A stretch of DNA of 17,647 nucleotides from assembly GCA_049970895.1 (NCBI GenBank), contig JBMFMB010000021.1, positions 1 to 17,647 of the forward strand, written 5' to 3'. This stretch comes from Candidatus Bathyarchaeia archaeon. GTDB taxonomy: Archaea > Thermoproteota > Bathyarchaeia > Bathyarchaeales > Bathycorpusculaceae. Positions 1-11,352 of this stretch are shown here, piece after piece. The position numbers and the translations under genes were made by a program. The number at the start of each line of letters is the position of its first letter. Within the stretch, counting starts at the first letter, position 1. The notes beneath the pieces were generated by a model that was not told where the DNA came from, ran no database searches, and worked only from the letters and a program-made list of their open reading frames with translations.

Positions 1-2151
<2,151 letters not shown>

Positions 2152-2154
2152 TAG

Positions 2155-3387
2155 CTAAGCCTCCTTTTTCAAAGGCTTTATCGGCGGTAAAGCCGCAACT
2201 TTGCGCACAAAGGCTTCAAGCTTCTCCTCAAACTTGCCAGCATCCCGCGGAGAAGCCTCATAAAGCTCAAAACGGTCAATCAATCCCATCTTCTTCAAAA
2301 CATCCCTAAGAACAGCCATGTTTCTCTCCGCGGTGTCACGCCCCTCTTGAAGCTTACAATCCTCAGCAGAACAAACAACAGCCATAACCCCATCGAAACC
2401 GTTCCTCAAAGCGTTTACAACATGCACTGGGTCAAGAGCCTTAAAACATGGCACCTCCAACGTGACGGCATTCCGCTTGAAAAATACGCCTTCAGGATCG
2501 TCAAGGGCTGAAAACTCGGACCACTGACAACAGAAGACAAGGATTACTGGAGATTTGCCCTCAGCCTTCAGCCTAAAAGCCGAATCACCATAACGCTTCA
2601 AAACACTTTCAAACTCAAAACCCTTAACCTGAATGGCATGATGCGGACAAACCAGGGCACATGCACCACAGCCCATACAATATTCACTTAGAATCTTTGG
2701 CGTGGCGAAAGCCTCTGCCTCTATAGCAGCGTATGGGCATATGAAGACGCACTTGTCGCAGCCAACACATTTCGTGGTGTCATAAACAGCTTTCCGCGAA
2801 TACTTAACAACTCTGACGGAATCCTTGCTGAAGCCCAGCTCTTCAAGAACCCTTCTCCCAAGGAAAAGCCTCCTCGTATTAATTTTTGTGCCTTCCTTGA
2901 AACGGCAGAAGAAATCCTCGCACTGAATTGAAACCACATTTTTAATGCCAAAACCCAAAACCCTAAAAATGAATTCCGTTGGAACCCGACCAGAACACGG
3001 CAAACGCAGCGGAATATAATCCTTAACACTTAAGCCCTGCTCAGATAGAATCTCCCCAACTTCCCTTGTTGAAGGCGAGTTTCCACGACACATAAGCACA
3101 AGAGTTTCCGCCCCAGTCCTTTTCAGCTCACCCTCAACATAACCAACCAAACTATCATAGTCATAATAGACTATTTCTATGGCGAAAACTGGACAAGCAC
3201 TATAACATATCCCACAAACCTGACACTTCTGAATGTCTATCTCAACTTTGCCAGTTTCCGCGTCCCGTTCTATGGCTTCGTAGGGGCATATGGAATAACA
3301 TATTGAACAGCGGCTGCAATAGTCTTGGTTTATACGCACAACAACTGTCTGCTCTCCACTCATTCCAGCCATTTCAGCCATCTCCAA
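2155..3387 (-). CDS. Fe-S protein with (2x[4Fe-4S] ferredoxin + MvhD/FlpD domain) x2 architecture
   Basis: Four CxxCxxCxxxCP motifs and two MvhD-like domains (LMC...LPCSGRV...QCEDFFCR and VFCCQW...VPCFKALDP...GFDGVMAVVCSAEDCK). The start is uncertain: TTG 3387 or one of several nearby ATGs. Confidence 0.85.
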   Translation of the reverse strand: MEMAEMAGMSGEQTVVVRINQDYCSRCSICYSICPYEAIERDAETGKVEIDIQKCQVCGICYSACPVFAIEIVYYDYDSLVGYVEGELKRTGAETLVLMCRGNSPSTREVGEILSEQGLSVKDYIPLRLPCSGRVPTEFIFRVLGFGIKNVVSIQCEDFFCRFKEGTKINTRRLFLGRRVLEELGFSKDSVRVVKYSRKAVYDTTKCVGCDKCVFICPYAAIEAEAFATPKILSEYCMGCGACALVCPHHAIQVKGFEFESVLKRYGDSAFRLKAEGKSPVILVFCCQWSEFSALDDPEGVFFKRNAVTLEVPCFKALDPVHVVNALRNGFDGVMAVVCSAEDCKLQEGRDTAERNMAVLRDVLKKMGLIDRFELYEASPRDAGKFEEKLEAFVRKVAALPPIKPLKKEA

Positions 3388-3415
3388 ACCGGCTGCTTGT
3401 TCAAAGCACCTTAAC

Positions 3416-3436
3416 GTTGAAGTTTGAAGGATAAGA
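3416..3436 (-). promoter_or_regulatory. Putative operator, copy 1 of a 21-bp motif
   Basis: GTTGAAGTTTGAAGGATAAGA (+ strand) is 18/21 identical to 5780-5800. It lies between an AT-rich TATA-like tract (about 3446-3454) and the start of the minus-strand gene. Confidence 0.5.
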
Positions 3437-3474
3437 CTACCGGTAATATAATATTTTTGGAGCAGACTTAACGA

Positions 3475-4419
3475 TTACTGCTTGAAATAGTAGGGTCTGC
3501 AGATAAAACCATAGGCCTCCAAGGCTGCTGTTATCCCCTGACCAACAGCTGTCCCAACCTGCTTAACTGGATGATTAGTGACATCGCCAGCCGCATAAAC
3601 CCCTTGAACATTGGTTCTTTGGTGAACGTCAACAATTATGTAGCCATGCTCGTCAACGGCTACTCCGGCATCCTTAGCAAGCTCACTGTTAGGTTTTTCA
3701 CCAACCTGGACAAAGATTCCATCAATTGGAAGCTCCGTAACAGCGCCTGTTTTCGAATTGAATAGTACAGCCTTGCTGACGAGCTTTTCACCCTTGATCT
3801 CCTTCAACTCAGTGTTCCATAAAACCTCAACATTGGGCTTTTCCAATAAGGCTCTAACACGTGCCTCCTCTGCTCGGAAGGTGTCTCTTCTGTGGGCAAC
3901 CTTGACTTCTGAGGCTAAGTCAGCCAAATAAAGGGCTGTAGCCACAGCAGAGTTGCCGCCGCCAACTACCAAGACCCGTTTACCCTTAAAGAGGGGCCCA
4001 TCACATATTCCACAGTAGCTTACGCCTCTACCGCGAAACTCTTTTTCGCCTGGAACCCCAAGCTCAGTGTAGCTTGTGCCAGAGGCAATTATAACAGCCT
4101 TAGCCCTATAGGAGGCTTTTGCAGTTTCAACGATCTTCTCATCGCCCTTGAGGTTGAGCCTTGTAACTTTTTCAAACTCGTGGATTTCCACGCCAAGTTT
4201 CCTGCACTGTGCCACAATTCTCTGCATGAGCTCAAGACCACTTATTTTCTCGAAGCCAGGATAATTCTCAATTATTGGGGCGTCAGCGGCTGTTCCACCA
4301 GCAATCTCCTCTTCAAGGATTAAGGTTTTCAACCCGCTTCTGACGGCATAAATTCCAGCCGTTAGCCCGGCGGCACCAGCTCCAATAATTATTAGCTCCC
4401 AATCTTCCATTTCTAACAA
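3475..4419 (-). CDS. trxB: Thioredoxin-disulfide reductase (NADPH type)
   Basis: IIGAGAAG, IENYPG, GRGVSYCGICDG (redox CxxC), VVGGGNSA, HRR NADPH-binding motif, GVYAAGDV. The start may be ATG 4410. Confidence 0.93.
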   Translation of the reverse strand: MLEMEDWELIIIGAGAAGLTAGIYAVRSGLKTLILEEEIAGGTAADAPIIENYPGFEKISGLELMQRIVAQCRKLGVEIHEFEKVTRLNLKGDEKIVETAKASYRAKAVIIASGTSYTELGVPGEKEFRGRGVSYCGICDGPLFKGKRVLVVGGGNSAVATALYLADLASEVKVAHRRDTFRAEEARVRALLEKPNVEVLWNTELKEIKGEKLVSKAVLFNSKTGAVTELPIDGIFVQVGEKPNSELAKDAGVAVDEHGYIIVDVHQRTNVQGVYAAGDVTNHPVKQVGTAVGQGITAALEAYGFICRPYYFKQ

Positions 4420-4470
4420 CCTTAACAGATTGTTTTGGCATGCTGCATTTTAATTGTTTTGTAAGCCTGA

Positions 4471-4620
4471 CTAGTCTTCTTCAAGGTCCATGTCAAGTTC
4501 GGTTATTTCAAGCTCATAGCATTCTTGGCAAAGCCCATCATAAGCCTCATACTCTCCTTTTGTGATTTCTCTGCCACAAAGCATGCAATGGTAGGTTTCT
4601 TCTCCCTCATCTTCCCCCAT
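4471..4620 (-). CDS. Small acidic CxxC-x15-CxxC zinc-finger protein (49 aa)
   Basis: Manual translation: MGEDEGEETYHCMLCGREITKGEYEAYDGLCQECYELEITELDMDLEED*. It fills the gap between two co-oriented genes. Confidence 0.75.
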   Translation of the reverse strand: MGEDEGEETYHCMLCGREITKGEYEAYDGLCQECYELEITELDMDLEED

Positions 4621-4655
4621 TCATAAGCCTCAAAATTTATATGCCGCACAGCCTT

Positions 4656-5765
4656 TTATAAGGCAAGTGCCAAAAGCTCCGCTACATCCATGACTTGGAT
4701 TTTTCCCTCATTACCAGTTGTTTTTACCGCATCCTCCATTGTAAGCATGCAGAAGGGACAAGCAACAGCCAAAATTTCTGCTCCTACGTCAACAGCCTCT
4801 TTAACGCGGATTTCAGCCAATCGTGGTCCTGGAATATCAACCCACATTCTTCCGCCTCCTCCTTCGCAGCATAGGCTTCTGCTTCTTGAACGGTCAAACT
4901 CTAAGAGTGCTACGCCCCTTATGCTCTCAATCACTTTGCGGGGTTCATCGTAAATGTTGTTTTGCTTGCCAAGATAACAAGGGTCATGGTAAATCACTTT
5001 TTTGGCAACCTCTTTTGACGGTTTTAGCTTTCCAGTTTCAATAAGCTTCGCCAGAAGCTGCGTGTGATGCAGAGGCTCAAAGCTTGTTTGATTATACCGA
5101 TTCTTAAAGGCGTGAAAACCATGGGGGCAGCTTGTAACCACCTGCTTGACCCCGTACTTGCCAAAAATTTTCATATTCTCTTCCACTAGGAACTCAAAAA
5201 GACCTCTTTCACCCATACCGTAGACCTCGCTTCCACAACAGTTTTCCTCTTCACCCAAAACTCCGAAGTTAAGCCCAGCAACCTCAAAACATTTCACAAG
5301 ACTTTTCGCAACGTTTTGCACTCTTGGGTCATGGGCTGGTGTGCAACCAACATAGTACAGGATTTCGGCTCCCTGCGAGACGTGCTTAACATTTAAGCCT
5401 TGACTCCATTCTGTGCGTTTTCCGCGAATTCTGCCCCATGGGTTACCGTTTTTGAATATACTTTCTAAGGCGTCTCTTATAGTTGGGGCTATTTGACCCT
5501 CCTCAACAGCCATACTTCTTATGTCGATCAAAAATTCGTATGGGTTCAAGTCCTTGGGGCAACGTATTCCACACGTGGAGCATGTTGTGCAACTCCACAA
5601 CTCGTTTGGCGGATGCATCACCAACTTGCCCAGAGCGGAAACCTCGCGCATATAACGTCTGATGTTTAGGTTTGCTTTCTTGGCGACTGGGCAGCTTCCA
5701 GTGCACATACCACATTGAATGCATTCCAAAAGCTTGTGTTTTTGAACAAGTTCTTGAGGGTTCAT
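4656..5765 (-). CDS. HdrD/GlpC-family Fe-S oxidoreductase (2x[4Fe-4S] plus two CCG domains)
   Basis: CIQCGMCTGSCP, CTTCSTCGIRCP, GNPWG, YYVGC..ENCCG..TSCPH, YHDPCYLG..LCCEGGGG..VACPFC. Confidence 0.88.
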   Translation of the reverse strand: MNPQELVQKHKLLECIQCGMCTGSCPVAKKANLNIRRYMREVSALGKLVMHPPNELWSCTTCSTCGIRCPKDLNPYEFLIDIRSMAVEEGQIAPTIRDALESIFKNGNPWGRIRGKRTEWSQGLNVKHVSQGAEILYYVGCTPAHDPRVQNVAKSLVKCFEVAGLNFGVLGEEENCCGSEVYGMGERGLFEFLVEENMKIFGKYGVKQVVTSCPHGFHAFKNRYNQTSFEPLHHTQLLAKLIETGKLKPSKEVAKKVIYHDPCYLGKQNNIYDEPRKVIESIRGVALLEFDRSRSRSLCCEGGGGRMWVDIPGPRLAEIRVKEAVDVGAEILAVACPFCMLTMEDAVKTTGNEGKIQVMDVAELLALAL

Positions 5766-5779
5766 TTCATGTCACTTTT

Positions 5780-5821
5780 GTTGAAAGTTGAAGGGTAAGA
5801 TTTTAAAAGCATTTTCCCTTC
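5780..5821. promoter_or_regulatory. Divergent promoter region with copy 2 of the 21-bp motif and an inverted repeat around TTTTAAAA
   Basis: Motif GTTGAAAGTTGAAGGGTAAGA at 5780-5800. GAAGGGTAA (5790-5798) and TTTCCCTTC (5813-5821) form an 8/9 inverted repeat flanking the palindromic TTTTAAAA (5801-5808). Confidence 0.5.
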
Positions 5822-5861
5822 TAAGGGTTTAAACAATCATGCAATTCGGAGACGCTCACCA

Positions 5862-8240
5862 ATGTCGGAGGAAAAAAGGGAGTTGGAAAAACCCCGCATA
5901 GGAATTTTTGTATGCGAATGCGGCGGCAACATTGGAGACATTATCGATGTTAAGGCTGTCGTTGAAGCCGTCAAAAACTGGGAAGGCGTTGCAGTAGCCA
6001 AATACCACAAATATTTGTGTTCAAAGCCAGCCCAAGAAATGATTGCAGAAGCCATAAAGAAGGAAAACCTGGACAGAGTTGTTGTGGCTTCATGCACGCC
6101 AAGAATGCACCTAGCCACTTTTCAAAGCGTGCTGGAGAGGGCTGGATTAAACCCTTACATGCTTGAATTCGTAAACATAAGGGAACAAGACTCATGGGTT
6201 CACGGACCAAAACCAAACCCCGAGGCGACGAGGAAAGCCATAAGCCTAATTAGGGGAGGATACGAGCGCAGCCTCGAACTTGAACCTTTGGAAATGATAA
6301 GTGAGAAGGGCTCGCGGGAAATTCTCATTGTTGGTGGCGGCATAGCTGGCATAATGGCCGCCCTCCAGCTTGGGTATTTAGGCTACAGGGTTCACCTTGT
6401 TGAGCGCAGACCCAGTATAGGCGGAAACATGGCTAAGCTAACAAAAGTTTTCCCCACACTGGACTGTGCCCAGTGCATCTTGACACCCAGAATGGCCGAG
6501 GTTGGAAGAAACCCAAACGTGAACTTACTCACTTATGCAGAAGTGCAAGATGTTAGCGGACGTCCAGGAAACTATATTGTCCGTGTCTTCATGAAGCCCC
6601 GTGGCGTTGATGTTGAAAAGTGCAGAAGCTGCGGGGTCTGCGCAAAAGTCTGTCCGGTCACCGTTCCAGACGAGTTTAATGAGGGCTTGTCGCAGCGGAA
6701 AGCAGCCTACATAGAGTTTCCACAAGCCGTCCCATCCGCTTACGCCATAGACTTCAACGCTTGCACAAAATGTGGAAAATGCGAACAATACTGCCCAGCA
6801 AAAGCCATAAACTTGAATGATACTGGCAAGGTTGTGGAGCTGAATGTCGGCGCAATAATTTTGGCAACAGGCTACAAGCTTTATGACGCGAGGAAGCTGG
6901 AAAACTATGGTTATGGTATTTACAAAGACGTCATAACAATGATGGACTTGGAGAGGCTGACATCTGCAACTGGACCAACAGGCGGATATGTTAAGAGGGC
7001 TGACGGAAGCGACGTGCGCAAAATCGCCATAGTGCTATGCGCAGGCTCAAGAGACAAAAACCACATCCCATACTGTAGCCGGATATGCTGCATGTACGCC
7101 CTCAAACAGGCCTTCGTCCTCAAGAAAATGCTTGGAATAGACGTAACAGTCTACTACACGGATATTAGGGCGACTGGCAAAGGCTATGAGGACCTTTACT
7201 GGAGAGACCAGGAAGCCGGCGTGGTCTTCATCCGTGGAAAAGTGGCTGACGTGTGGAAAGGCAATAACGGGAAGCTCGTTGTCCAAGCTGAGGATACGCT
7301 TACTGGCGAAACTATGGAAGACGAATTTGACATGGTGGCTTTGGCAACACCAATGGTTCCACCAGATGGGCTAAAGGAACTTGCCGAGAAAATAAAAGTC
7401 CCCATAGGCGAGGATGGCTTCATAACAGAAAAGCACCCAAAACTAGATCCAGTGGACTCACTTGTAACAGGGATTTTCGCGTGTGGATGCGCTCTAAGCC
7501 CAAAAGATGTTAGAGACACAGTTTCAGATGCGCTAGGCGCAGCGGCGAGAGCAGCCCTATTCCTTAAAAGCGAGTATGTAACCACAAGCCCAGAGAAAGC
7601 CTTTGTCATTGCGGAATTATGCAACGGGTGTGGCGAATGCATAAAAATTTGTCCAGTAAACGCTATAACAATGCAGGGTGGCAAAGCGAAAATTGACCCG
7701 TTCCAGTGCATTGGTTGTGGTGCATGCATCCCCATATGCCCACAGGAAGCCATAGACTTCAAAAACTCAACAACTAAGCAGATAAAAGCCACCATAAGGG
7801 GGGTTTTAGCCGACAAAAAACCAGATGAAATTCGCATAATAGCCTTCGTAGACAAGAATGTCGGTTATACTGGAATGGACTTCTTAGGGCTTGACCGCGC
7901 AAACTATCCGGAAAACGTCCGCATAGTGGCTGTTCCAACAACCGCAATCCTCGGAAAGAAGCATATACTCATGGCTTTTGCGTACGGAGCAGACGGAGTG
8001 CTAGTAATCGAAGGAAGCGAAGAGATAGACGAAAAGTTCACAAAGAAACGCATGATAGAAATGGGCAAGGAAATTGCAGCCTTCGGCATAGAAACAATGA
8101 GGCTCAGGTACAGCTATGTTCCATTACCAGTTTACAAGAAGGCCGCGGAACTTTTCACAATGTTTACGGACAGAATCAAAAAGTTTGGGCCATTAGCGGA
8201 AGAAAAACGCCAAAACATTAGACAAAAACTGCAATTTTAA
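5862..8240 (+). CDS. hdrA: Heterodisulfide reductase subunit A (HdrA) with C-terminal fused MvhD-like domain
   Basis: IGIFVCECGGNI, VASCTP, NIREQDSWVH, VGGGIAG, FPTLDCAQCIL, CAGSRD..YCSRICC, GKGYE, HPKL, four ferredoxin motifs, and a C-terminal YPENVRIV...AFAYGADGVLV MvhD-like segment. Confidence 0.93.
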   Translation: MSEEKRELEKPRIGIFVCECGGNIGDIIDVKAVVEAVKNWEGVAVAKYHKYLCSKPAQEMIAEAIKKENLDRVVVASCTPRMHLATFQSVLERAGLNPYMLEFVNIREQDSWVHGPKPNPEATRKAISLIRGGYERSLELEPLEMISEKGSREILIVGGGIAGIMAALQLGYLGYRVHLVERRPSIGGNMAKLTKVFPTLDCAQCILTPRMAEVGRNPNVNLLTYAEVQDVSGRPGNYIVRVFMKPRGVDVEKCRSCGVCAKVCPVTVPDEFNEGLSQRKAAYIEFPQAVPSAYAIDFNACTKCGKCEQYCPAKAINLNDTGKVVELNVGAIILATGYKLYDARKLENYGYGIYKDVITMMDLERLTSATGPTGGYVKRADGSDVRKIAIVLCAGSRDKNHIPYCSRICCMYALKQAFVLKKMLGIDVTVYYTDIRATGKGYEDLYWRDQEAGVVFIRGKVADVWKGNNGKLVVQAEDTLTGETMEDEFDMVALATPMVPPDGLKELAEKIKVPIGEDGFITEKHPKLDPVDSLVTGIFACGCALSPKDVRDTVSDALGAAARAALFLKSEYVTTSPEKAFVIAELCNGCGECIKICPVNAITMQGGKAKIDPFQCIGCGACIPICPQEAIDFKNSTTKQIKATIRGVLADKKPDEIRIIAFVDKNVGYTGMDFLGLDRANYPENVRIVAVPTTAILGKKHILMAFAYGADGVLVIEGSEEIDEKFTKKRMIEMGKEIAAFGIETMRLRYSYVPLPVYKKAAELFTMFTDRIKKFGPLAEEKRQNIRQKLQF

Positions 8241-8350
8241 AGAGGGCTAAAAATTTCCAGCCACATCTACTGGAGGGCAGTAAAGGTTTAATCCAAGTTC
8301 CGCATTTGTTCTGTCGGTGCAAAACATGAGGGATTATGTTCTCTCCGCGT

Positions 8351-8370
8351 GAAAACAAAACCTTTAATAT
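8351..8370 (+). promoter_or_regulatory. BRE-TATA promoter candidate for leuS
   Basis: A-rich BRE-like GAAAACAAAAC followed by TTTAATAT (8363-8370), 26 nt upstream of ATG 8396. Confidence 0.5.
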
Positions 8371-8395
8371 CCCTCAGAACAGTTCAGAAAGCTTT

Positions 8396-11308
8396 ATGGA
8401 ATTTTTAAGGCAAATCGAAGAGAAATGGCAAAAACGCTGGGAAGAAGCAAAAATATTTGAGGCAAACCCAGACCCGTCAAAGCCAAAATTCTTCATAACA
8501 GTGGCCTATCCATACCCCAACTCTCCGCAGCACATAGGCCATGCTAGAACATACACTTTGGCTGACGTTTACACAAGATACATGCGGATGCGAGGCTACA
8601 ACGTGCTTTTACCAATGGCTTTCCATTATACTGGCACACCAGTCCTGGCCATGGCAAAGCGTCTAGCGGAAAACGATGAGGATTTGATAAGCGACTTCAT
8701 AAACGTCTACAAAGTTCCTAGGGAAAAATTGAAAGAGCTAACAGATCCGCTTGCAATGGCCCGCTATTTCCACGAAGAAATCAAGGAAGGCATGCGGAGA
8801 ATAGGCTTTTCCATAGACTGGAGACGCGAGTTCACAACAGTTGACCCCCATTACAACCGCTTCATAGAGTGGCAGTTCCACAAACTCTATGAAAAGGGCT
8901 ACATAACCCGAGGAAGCCATCCAGTTGGCTGGTGCCCCAAAGACGGCAACCCCGTTGGACAGCACGACACACAAGGCGATGTGGAGCCCGAAATAGGCGA
9001 GTTTACACTAATAAAGTTCAAGCACGGCGAATGGATTCTCCCAACAGCTACACTGCGCCCAGAAACAGTTTTCGGAGTTACAAACATATGGCTTAATCCA
9101 AAGGCAAAGTACGTTAAAGCCATCGTTGACGGCGAAAAGTGGATAATAAGCCAAGAGTGCGCTGAAAAGCTGACATACCAAAACCGAAAAGTGACAGTTC
9201 TTGAAAACTTTGAAGGAAGGGAGCTCATAGGTAAAACCGCCAAAAACCCGGCAACAGACCAAGAAATCCTAATTTTGCCAGCAGAATTTGTTAACCCTAA
9301 AAACGCAACCGGCGTAGTGATGTCTGTTCCAGGCCACGCTCCTTATGATTATGTAGCCTTAGAGAACATTAAAAGCCAACCGGAAAGGCTTATGGAATAT
9401 GGATTGCCAGCCGAAGCCGTGAAATCCATAAGCTTCATTTCCATAATTGAGGTCCCTCAATACTCTGAAGTTCCGGCGGCGGATGTTGTAAAGAGAATGG
9501 ACATTAAGGAGCAAGCAGACCCAAAGCTTGAAGATGCCACAAAAGAGGTTTACAGACACGAGTTCCACAATGGCATAATGAAAAGTAACACTGGAAAATA
9601 TGCTGGCATGCCTGTGGCAGAAGCGAAGGAAAGAGTTAAGCAGGACTTGATAGCCGATGGAAAAGCCACAACAATGTATGAACTTCTAAACAGACCCGTA
9701 AAGTGCCGCTGTGGAACTGAATGCGTTGTCAAAATCTTCGAAAACCAGTGGTTCATAGATTATGGAAAACCAGAGTGGAAAGCCCTAGCCCACAAATGCC
9801 TAGATAAAATGCGGATACTACCAGAAGAACTCCGAGCACAATACAAGTATGTGATAAACTGGCTTCGTGAGAAGGCATGCGCGAGAAAGTCTGGCTTGGG
9901 AACACGACTTCCATGGGACCCCGATTGGATCATAGAGTCCCTATCAGACTCGACAATATACATGGCGTATTACACAATAGTTCGCCACATAAAGGAGCAC
10001 AATATCCAACCAAACCAGCTGACAGATAAAACCTTTGACTATATTTTCCTTGGAATTGGAAACGCCGAGGAAATAGCAAAAGAAACTGGAATAGATGCTG
10101 CTGTTCTAGAGGACATGAGGCAAGAGTTTCTATATTTTTATCCCCTTGACAGCCGTCATTCAGCCCACGAGCTAATCCCAAATCACCTAACATTCATGAT
10201 ATTCAACCACACAGCAATATTCCCAGAAAACCTCTGGCCACGCCAAATAGTGACAAACGGGCTTGTCACCATGGAAGGCGCTAAAATGAGCAAATCCTTC
10301 GGCAACATAATACCATTAAGAGAAGGCCTAAACACCTTCGGTGCAGACCCCATAAGGCTAAGCGTGCTGGCAACAGCCGAACTTTTACAGGATGCGGACT
10401 TCAGCCCAGCTGTTGCAAAGGCAATGCGCGATAAACTTGAGCGCCTTTACAGGCTTGTTGAAGTTGTCAAGGTTGAGGCAGGCCAAAAAGGTCCGACGTC
10501 TAAAGAAGAGCTGACAGCCATTGATAGATGGATGTTAAGCCGACTGCAAGAACACATAAAAAGGGCAACGGAAGCCATGGAAAAACTGGCGGTGCGTAAA
10601 GCCATCCATACAATTCTATTTGAACTGGACCAAGACATACAATGGTACCAGAAACGCGCAAAGACAACACCAAAAGCCGCCACAGCCTACATACTAAGCG
10701 AAGTGCTGAAAAATCAGATATTGATGCTTACGCCTTTCGCGCCACACACCTGCGAAGAGCTTTGGGAAAGAATTGGTGGAAAAGGATTCGCCTCCATGGC
10801 ACAGTGGCCAAAGCCAGATGAGACAAAAGTTGATGTCAGGGCTGAGGAAAGCGAAACACTAATAGCTACATTACTTGAGGACACATTACACATTGTAAAG
10901 GCAACGGGAATAACGCCCAAAAAAGTGTTCTATTACACGGCGTCTGCATGGAAGTGGAAGGCCTACTTAAAGGCTGTTGAAAAATCCATGGAGAGAAAGC
11001 TTGAGCAAGGCTCCTTAATCAGAGAACTATTAAAAGACGCGAATTTGAAAGCTAAAGCCAAGGAAATAGCAGATTTTGTAGGCAGAATAATTGAAGAAGT
11101 TAATAGGATGCCTCAAGAGAGAAAGGAAAGGCTAATGCTTGTTGGATATATGGACGAAGCCAAAATATTGGAGGGGGCAGAGGAATTCTTGAAAGCCGAA
11201 ATCAACGCTGAAGTAACCATACGAAAAGAAGACGACGTAATGCTTTACGACCCGAAAAATAGGGCGAAAATGGCTAAGCCATGGCGACCAGCAATATACA
11301 TAGAATAA
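8396..11308 (+). CDS. leuS: Leucine--tRNA ligase (archaeal type)
   Basis: AYPYPNSPQHIGH, KMSKS, CP1 editing motifs TATLRPET and GVVMSVPGHAPYD, and C-terminal AKPWRPAIYIE. The ORF track starts at 8336, but ATG 8396 fits the TATA spacing better. Confidence 0.96.
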   Translation: MEFLRQIEEKWQKRWEEAKIFEANPDPSKPKFFITVAYPYPNSPQHIGHARTYTLADVYTRYMRMRGYNVLLPMAFHYTGTPVLAMAKRLAENDEDLISDFINVYKVPREKLKELTDPLAMARYFHEEIKEGMRRIGFSIDWRREFTTVDPHYNRFIEWQFHKLYEKGYITRGSHPVGWCPKDGNPVGQHDTQGDVEPEIGEFTLIKFKHGEWILPTATLRPETVFGVTNIWLNPKAKYVKAIVDGEKWIISQECAEKLTYQNRKVTVLENFEGRELIGKTAKNPATDQEILILPAEFVNPKNATGVVMSVPGHAPYDYVALENIKSQPERLMEYGLPAEAVKSISFISIIEVPQYSEVPAADVVKRMDIKEQADPKLEDATKEVYRHEFHNGIMKSNTGKYAGMPVAEAKERVKQDLIADGKATTMYELLNRPVKCRCGTECVVKIFENQWFIDYGKPEWKALAHKCLDKMRILPEELRAQYKYVINWLREKACARKSGLGTRLPWDPDWIIESLSDSTIYMAYYTIVRHIKEHNIQPNQLTDKTFDYIFLGIGNAEEIAKETGIDAAVLEDMRQEFLYFYPLDSRHSAHELIPNHLTFMIFNHTAIFPENLWPRQIVTNGLVTMEGAKMSKSFGNIIPLREGLNTFGADPIRLSVLATAELLQDADFSPAVAKAMRDKLERLYRLVEVVKVEAGQKGPTSKEELTAIDRWMLSRLQEHIKRATEAMEKLAVRKAIHTILFELDQDIQWYQKRAKTTPKAATAYILSEVLKNQILMLTPFAPHTCEELWERIGGKGFASMAQWPKPDETKVDVRAEESETLIATLLEDTLHIVKATGITPKKVFYYTASAWKWKAYLKAVEKSMERKLEQGSLIRELLKDANLKAKAKEIADFVGRIIEEVNRMPQERKERLMLVGYMDEAKILEGAEEFLKAEINAEVTIRKEDDVMLYDPKNRAKMAKPWRPAIYIE

Positions 11309-11352
11309 AAGATAAAGCATATCTTCACCACTTTTTATATGAAAACAGCGGA

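Noticed and set aside
3361-3381. Short tandem ATGGCTG(A/G)A repeat at the start of the MvhD-ferredoxin gene
   Set aside because: Only two 9-bp units; it affects start-codon choice but shows no evidence of a separate function.
8241-8395. Weak hairpins and a second TATA-like site between hdrA and leuS
   Set aside because: Stems are only 5-6 bp and there are no box motifs; not enough to call an sRNA or terminator.
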